A DNA stretch of 63,222 bases, the filler included, from Saprolegnia diclina VS20 (Eukaryota), in NCBI RefSeq assembly GCF_000281045.1. It is 8 parts of 3 records of this genome, joined end to end, with 100 filler letters (N's around TTAATTAATTAA, not from the genome) between each part and the next. Parts side by side here need not be neighbours in the genome. Positions count along the whole stretch, not along the records: positions 58,651 to 60,779 come from NW_008246123.1; positions 60,880 to 62,013 come from NW_008246123.1; positions 62,114 to 63,222 come from NW_008246124.1; 5 more parts are not named here. The stretch is one strand, 5' to 3'. The notes under the pieces were generated by a model, which ran no database searches, was not told where the DNA came from, and was given only the letters and a program-made list of their open reading frames with translations. Below are positions 59,527 to 63,222 of this stretch, in pieces; within the stretch, counting starts at the first letter, position 1, and the number at the start of each line of letters is the position of its first letter. A program made the position numbers and the translations under genes.

Positions 59527-60779
59527 ATGTCGACGACGATCAAGGAAGTGGGCCACATGGACCTGCAGGAGCGCGTCTCCTACATCCAGTCGGCGACGCA
59601 CGACAAGGATGTCGACGGCGACTACGCCGACGCCAAGACGCCCGGTGACCTCGAAGACGGCGCGCTCGTCGCTGGCGGTGCGCTCTCGCTCGTCTCGCGC
59701 GAGGCCCTCGCGCTCTTCTCGCAGTACTTTGCCATCGGTATCATTTACGGCATGTTGCCCGGCATGAACTACCCCGTGTTCCAAATCTACCTTCGCATGG
59801 AGGGCTACCAAACCGCTGCCTACGGTGTCCTCGTCACGCTCGGCTGGTCGTTCAAGGTCTTCTTCGGTATGCTCTCGGACTGCGTCCCGATCATGGGCTA
59901 CCGCCGCAAGCCGTGGATGATTCTTGGCTGGACGATCGCGACCGTCTGCCTCTGCGTCATGACGTTCACGCCGTTCCCGGCGCCGTACTGCGATGCGCGC
60001 AAGATCCCTTGCCCGAAGAAGGTGCCGACCGGCGCCAACATGACGGCGGCCCTCAAGCAGTGGTACAACTTTGACGCGCCGGACGCTGGCAGTCTCTTCA
60101 TTGTGCTCTCGGTCATCTGTGGCTTTGGCTACGTCATGGCCGACTGCGCCGCCGACGCCATGGTCGTCCAGTACGCCCAGCGTGAGCCCGTGGCCATTCG
60201 CGGCCGCACCCAGACCGCCATCTACACGCTCCGCTACATCGGCTCGACGGTCGCCCAGGTGTGCATTGCCTTCCTTCTCAACGGCGCCGAGTACGGCGGC
60301 TCGTTCAACTACTCGGTGTCGCCCAACGTCATTTACGCCATCCTCTTGATCCCGTGCGTCCTCATCATGCTCAGCACGATCTTCCTTCTCGTCGAAGTCA
60401 AGACCGAGCGCACGCCGTTCGGCGCCTACATCTCCAACTTCTGGGGTCTCCTCCAGAAGCGCGTCATGTGGCAGATCTGCGCCTTCAAGTTCATCAACCA
60501 AATGTTTGCTGGTATTGGTGCGACGCCCGGTAACCCGATGGCGTCGGTCTGGGCCGAGGTCGAGCCGCTCAACGATGCGCTCTCGGGTGTCTTGAGCTAC
60601 CTCATCATGACGCTTGTCATGGCATCTGTCGGCAAGTGGGGTCTCCACTGGAACTGGCGCTGGGTCATCGCCCTCGGCACGATCGGCATCGTCCTTATCG
60701 ACGGTCTCGTCATCTTCATCACGATCTGGGATATTTTCCGCAACCAGTGGTTCTTCACGGGCGTCCCGCTTGCCGACAA
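59527..60779 (+). CDS. Folate-biopterin transporter (FBT/BT1, MFS) family, 3' end in gap
   Basis: WSFKVFFGMLSDCVPIMGYRRKPW and ADCAADAMVVQYAQREP..RGRTQT motifs; many TM segments; Inr-like TCACTTTTCGATTT upstream. Confidence 0.9.
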
Positions 60780-61843
60780 NNNNNNNNNNNNNNNNNNNNN
60801 NNNNNNNNNNNNNNNNNNNNNNNTTAATTAATTAANNNNNNNNNNNNNNNNNNNNNNNNNNNNNNNNNNNNNNNNNNNNGGCTATCGATATATAGCACGT
60901 TTAGCGCATAGAACGGCTTTAAACATCATTTATAGTCCGCATATTAGGTCATGAATCACTGTCGGGGAAAGTTGCCACTGTAGTAATTGCACAAGAACCG
61001 CGATGGTTCGTGCTCGACTCGCCGGCAGCGCGCATATCACTCGCAAGAGACGCAAACCGTAAACCGTCAACGTGCACAGTATTGACTGGTGGCAGCCATC
61101 GTTACCAGTGTTATAACTCGAGTGGCTCGCTCAACCCTCTTGGTTCGCGCAGGAACGACGTTGTCTCCTCGGATATCACAAACGACCGGGCTCTCGCGCG
61201 GGCCCTAGAAAAAATATACTTGTTTTTTGTATAGTGTAGGTGGCGTTGAAAACGTATACTTGTTTTTTGTATGCATTCGTATCGGGCCCGGTACGCATGC
61301 AGGGTGATCTGAGTTCTTGCGCCATCTGATTTTGAGGTTCAACAAGTGACCATCCACCGACGTGGTCGACGAACGATGCTCTCCCACCAAGTGTGGGTTC
61401 TCGTGTGCCAACGGCAACCTCGCTTCGTGGAGAAGGTGAGGTGTCTGTGAACGTTAATTACAGGCCGCGTTGCGCCCAAGCAACGAAAATGGATCACCCT
61501 ATATCGAAACCACTACCGGTCAAAGGTCGCGCACCAGGTTTTTTGCACAGGTCCCGGTGCGTCGTCGAGCTTGCACCATTACGTACCGGCGGGAGAGAGA
61601 GAGACGAGTAACAAGCCGCCAAAGAGAACATGAACCCATCGCTGCTGGCCGGCGTGGGCCAACGCGTAATCGGGTCATGCCAGCTGGCACCACCTTGCCT
61701 TTGCGACCACCGCACAAAACGAACGGCCGGCGCTGCACCCAAGTCGTCGAAATAGAAAGGACGCGATGACGAAATTCGCAGACCCGGCGACTACAAACTA
61801 CTTTCGTCTTCTCACTTTTTGATTTGCCTCCAAGACCAACAAG

Positions 61844-62013
61844 ATGGCCACGACTCAGAAGGAGCTCGGACAAATGGACCTCCAGGAGCGCGTCTCCTAC
61901 ATCCAGTCCGCGACCAAGGACAAGGATGCCGATGGTGACTACACCGACGCCAAGACGCCCGGTGAGCTCGAAGACGGCGCACTCGTTGCCGGTGGTGCGC
62001 TCTCGCTCGCCTC
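61844..62013 (+). CDS. Second FBT paralog, 5' fragment
   Basis: MDLQERVSYIQSATKDKD...LEDGALVAGGALSL near-identical to the 59527 gene. Confidence 0.85.
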
Positions 62014-62115
62014 NNNNNNNNNNNNNNNNNNNNNNNNNNNNNNNNNNNNNNNNNNNNTTAATTAATTAANNNNNNNNNNNNNNNNNNNNNNNNNNNNNNN
62101 NNNNNNNNNNNNNCC

Positions 62116-63222
62116 TCACCGAATCGTCACGGCCGTGTTTTTGAGAATCTTGATGTTGAGGACGAGGCTCTTGACGTCGGCGAATTGGTCGTCGAGGAGG
62201 TGCACGCGGCGGCCGCTGTCCTGCGCAACCACATATGCGCCATCGCCGCCGCCGTCCTCGCCGACACTGGCACACCCCGAGACGCTAACGATGTGGCTTT
62301 TGGTGTGCACCTGCTTCTTGTTGACGCGGAGCTCCTTCTCGGGCAGCCCAAACGTTGTCAAATGTGACATAAAGAACCACTGGAGCGTGCAGAGGCGGCG
62401 CACCTTGCACTCGATGCTCGACGCGTGCTGCTCCAGCATCTTCGGATCAATCTCGGTGATGTAGTCCATGAGGATCGACGACGAGTTGTACATGGCTTGG
62501 CGCGCGAGCGAGTTGGTTGCCAGTAGTTTCCAGAACGACCGGTTCACGAGCTGGTCGAGGCCAACGACAAGCAGCACGTTGAGGAGCAAGCCGCCGACAA
62601 TCGCGCCGCTGCTGCGCACGTAAAAGCTCTCGTAATAGTTGACTGGGGTCCCATCCAGTTTTTCAATCGCGTTCTTGACGTCCTGCCGCACGCGGTTGTT
62701 GTACTCGATGAACGGCGGGATGTAAAAGAGCAAAATCGCGCTCAGATAGAGCGACGTGACGCTCGTCAAGTTGAGGTAGCCCATAAGCTTGCTATCGCCA
62801 GAGTACGTCGCTGTGCTCACGGCGCGCCACGCGTACTTGAGCAGCTTCAAACACGCGCAGTTGACCCAGAGAAGGCGCGTACTCAGCGCAAACAGCTGCA
62901 GCGACAAGGCGCCATTCGAACACACGGCCAAGTACACTTGCACTTCGCGCGAGTACATGACGGCCGCGCTAATGTCGAGGAGGACGCCGGCCGTAAAGAG
63001 CAGCACAAAGATATCCGAGTTGTAGCAAAACATATCAAAGCGGAGCGCGTGCGAGACGTGCGGGAAGCAGTCGGGCACAACGAGCTTGAGCACGTCATGC
63101 AGAAAGCTGTCGGTCTTTTCCGGTTGAACGTCCTGCCACTGGACGGTCCGCCGACTCGCGAGGAACCCGCCGAGCGCAAAGAGCACCGCAATGCACTTGA
63201 GGTAGTACGACGCGGCGCTAAA
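62116..63222 (-). CDS. Multi-pass transmembrane protein of unknown function, 5' end outside window
   Basis: Frame open to the window edge; several hydrophobic helices followed by a soluble C-terminal domain. Confidence 0.75.
   Translation of the reverse strand, partial: FSAASYYLKCIAVLFALGGFLASRRTVQWQDVQPEKTDSFLHDVLKLVVPDCFPHVSHALRFDMFCYNSDIFVLLFTAGVLLDISAAVMYSREVQVYLAVCSNGALSLQLFALSTRLLWVNCACLKLLKYAWRAVSTATYSGDSKLMGYLNLTSVTSLYLSAILLFYIPPFIEYNNRVRQDVKNAIEKLDGTPVNYYESFYVRSSGAIVGGLLLNVLLVVGLDQLVNRSFWKLLATNSLARQAMYNSSSILMDYITEIDPKMLEQHASSIECKVRRLCTLQWFFMSHLTTFGLPEKELRVNKKQVHTKSHIVSVSGCASVGEDGGGDGAYVVAQDSGRRVHLLDDQFADVKSLVLNIKILKNTAVTIR

Overview
Eukaryotic genomic DNA, most likely a Saprolegniales-type oomycete. 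This is inferred from Inr+FPR core promoters (TCATTTTACAATTTC), short introns with mostly GTAC donors, ricin-B-appended subtilisins, a PAN/Apple protein, FBT transporters and a flagellar p28 gene. The left third (1-22 kb) is a secretome-like island: one 5xPAN protein, five intronless S8 subtilisins (two with ricin-B tails) and interleaved ankyrin-repeat genes. The middle (22.5-56.5 kb) is a tandem array of about 10 LRR receptor-like TKL-kinase genes that the ORF track fragments. Wherever I could trace one fully, the ectodomain is a Cys-rich N-cap exon, then seven symmetric phase-2 microexons of 60-72 nt each encoding one LRR, then a Cys C-cap, stalk, TM helix and kinase. The array includes a predicted pseudokinase, a kinase-less receptor-like protein, a nonsense-bearing truncated copy, signal-peptide-less members, and two divergent ectodomains on near-identical inverted kinase modules flanking a dynein p28 gene. 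The right end holds a secreted RNase T2-like protein lacking both catalytic histidines, two FBT transporters and a multi-TM gene. Nine 100-nt N gaps, seven carrying the artificial TTAATTAATTAA linker, mean adjacency across gaps is not guaranteed. All gene models were traced by eye.
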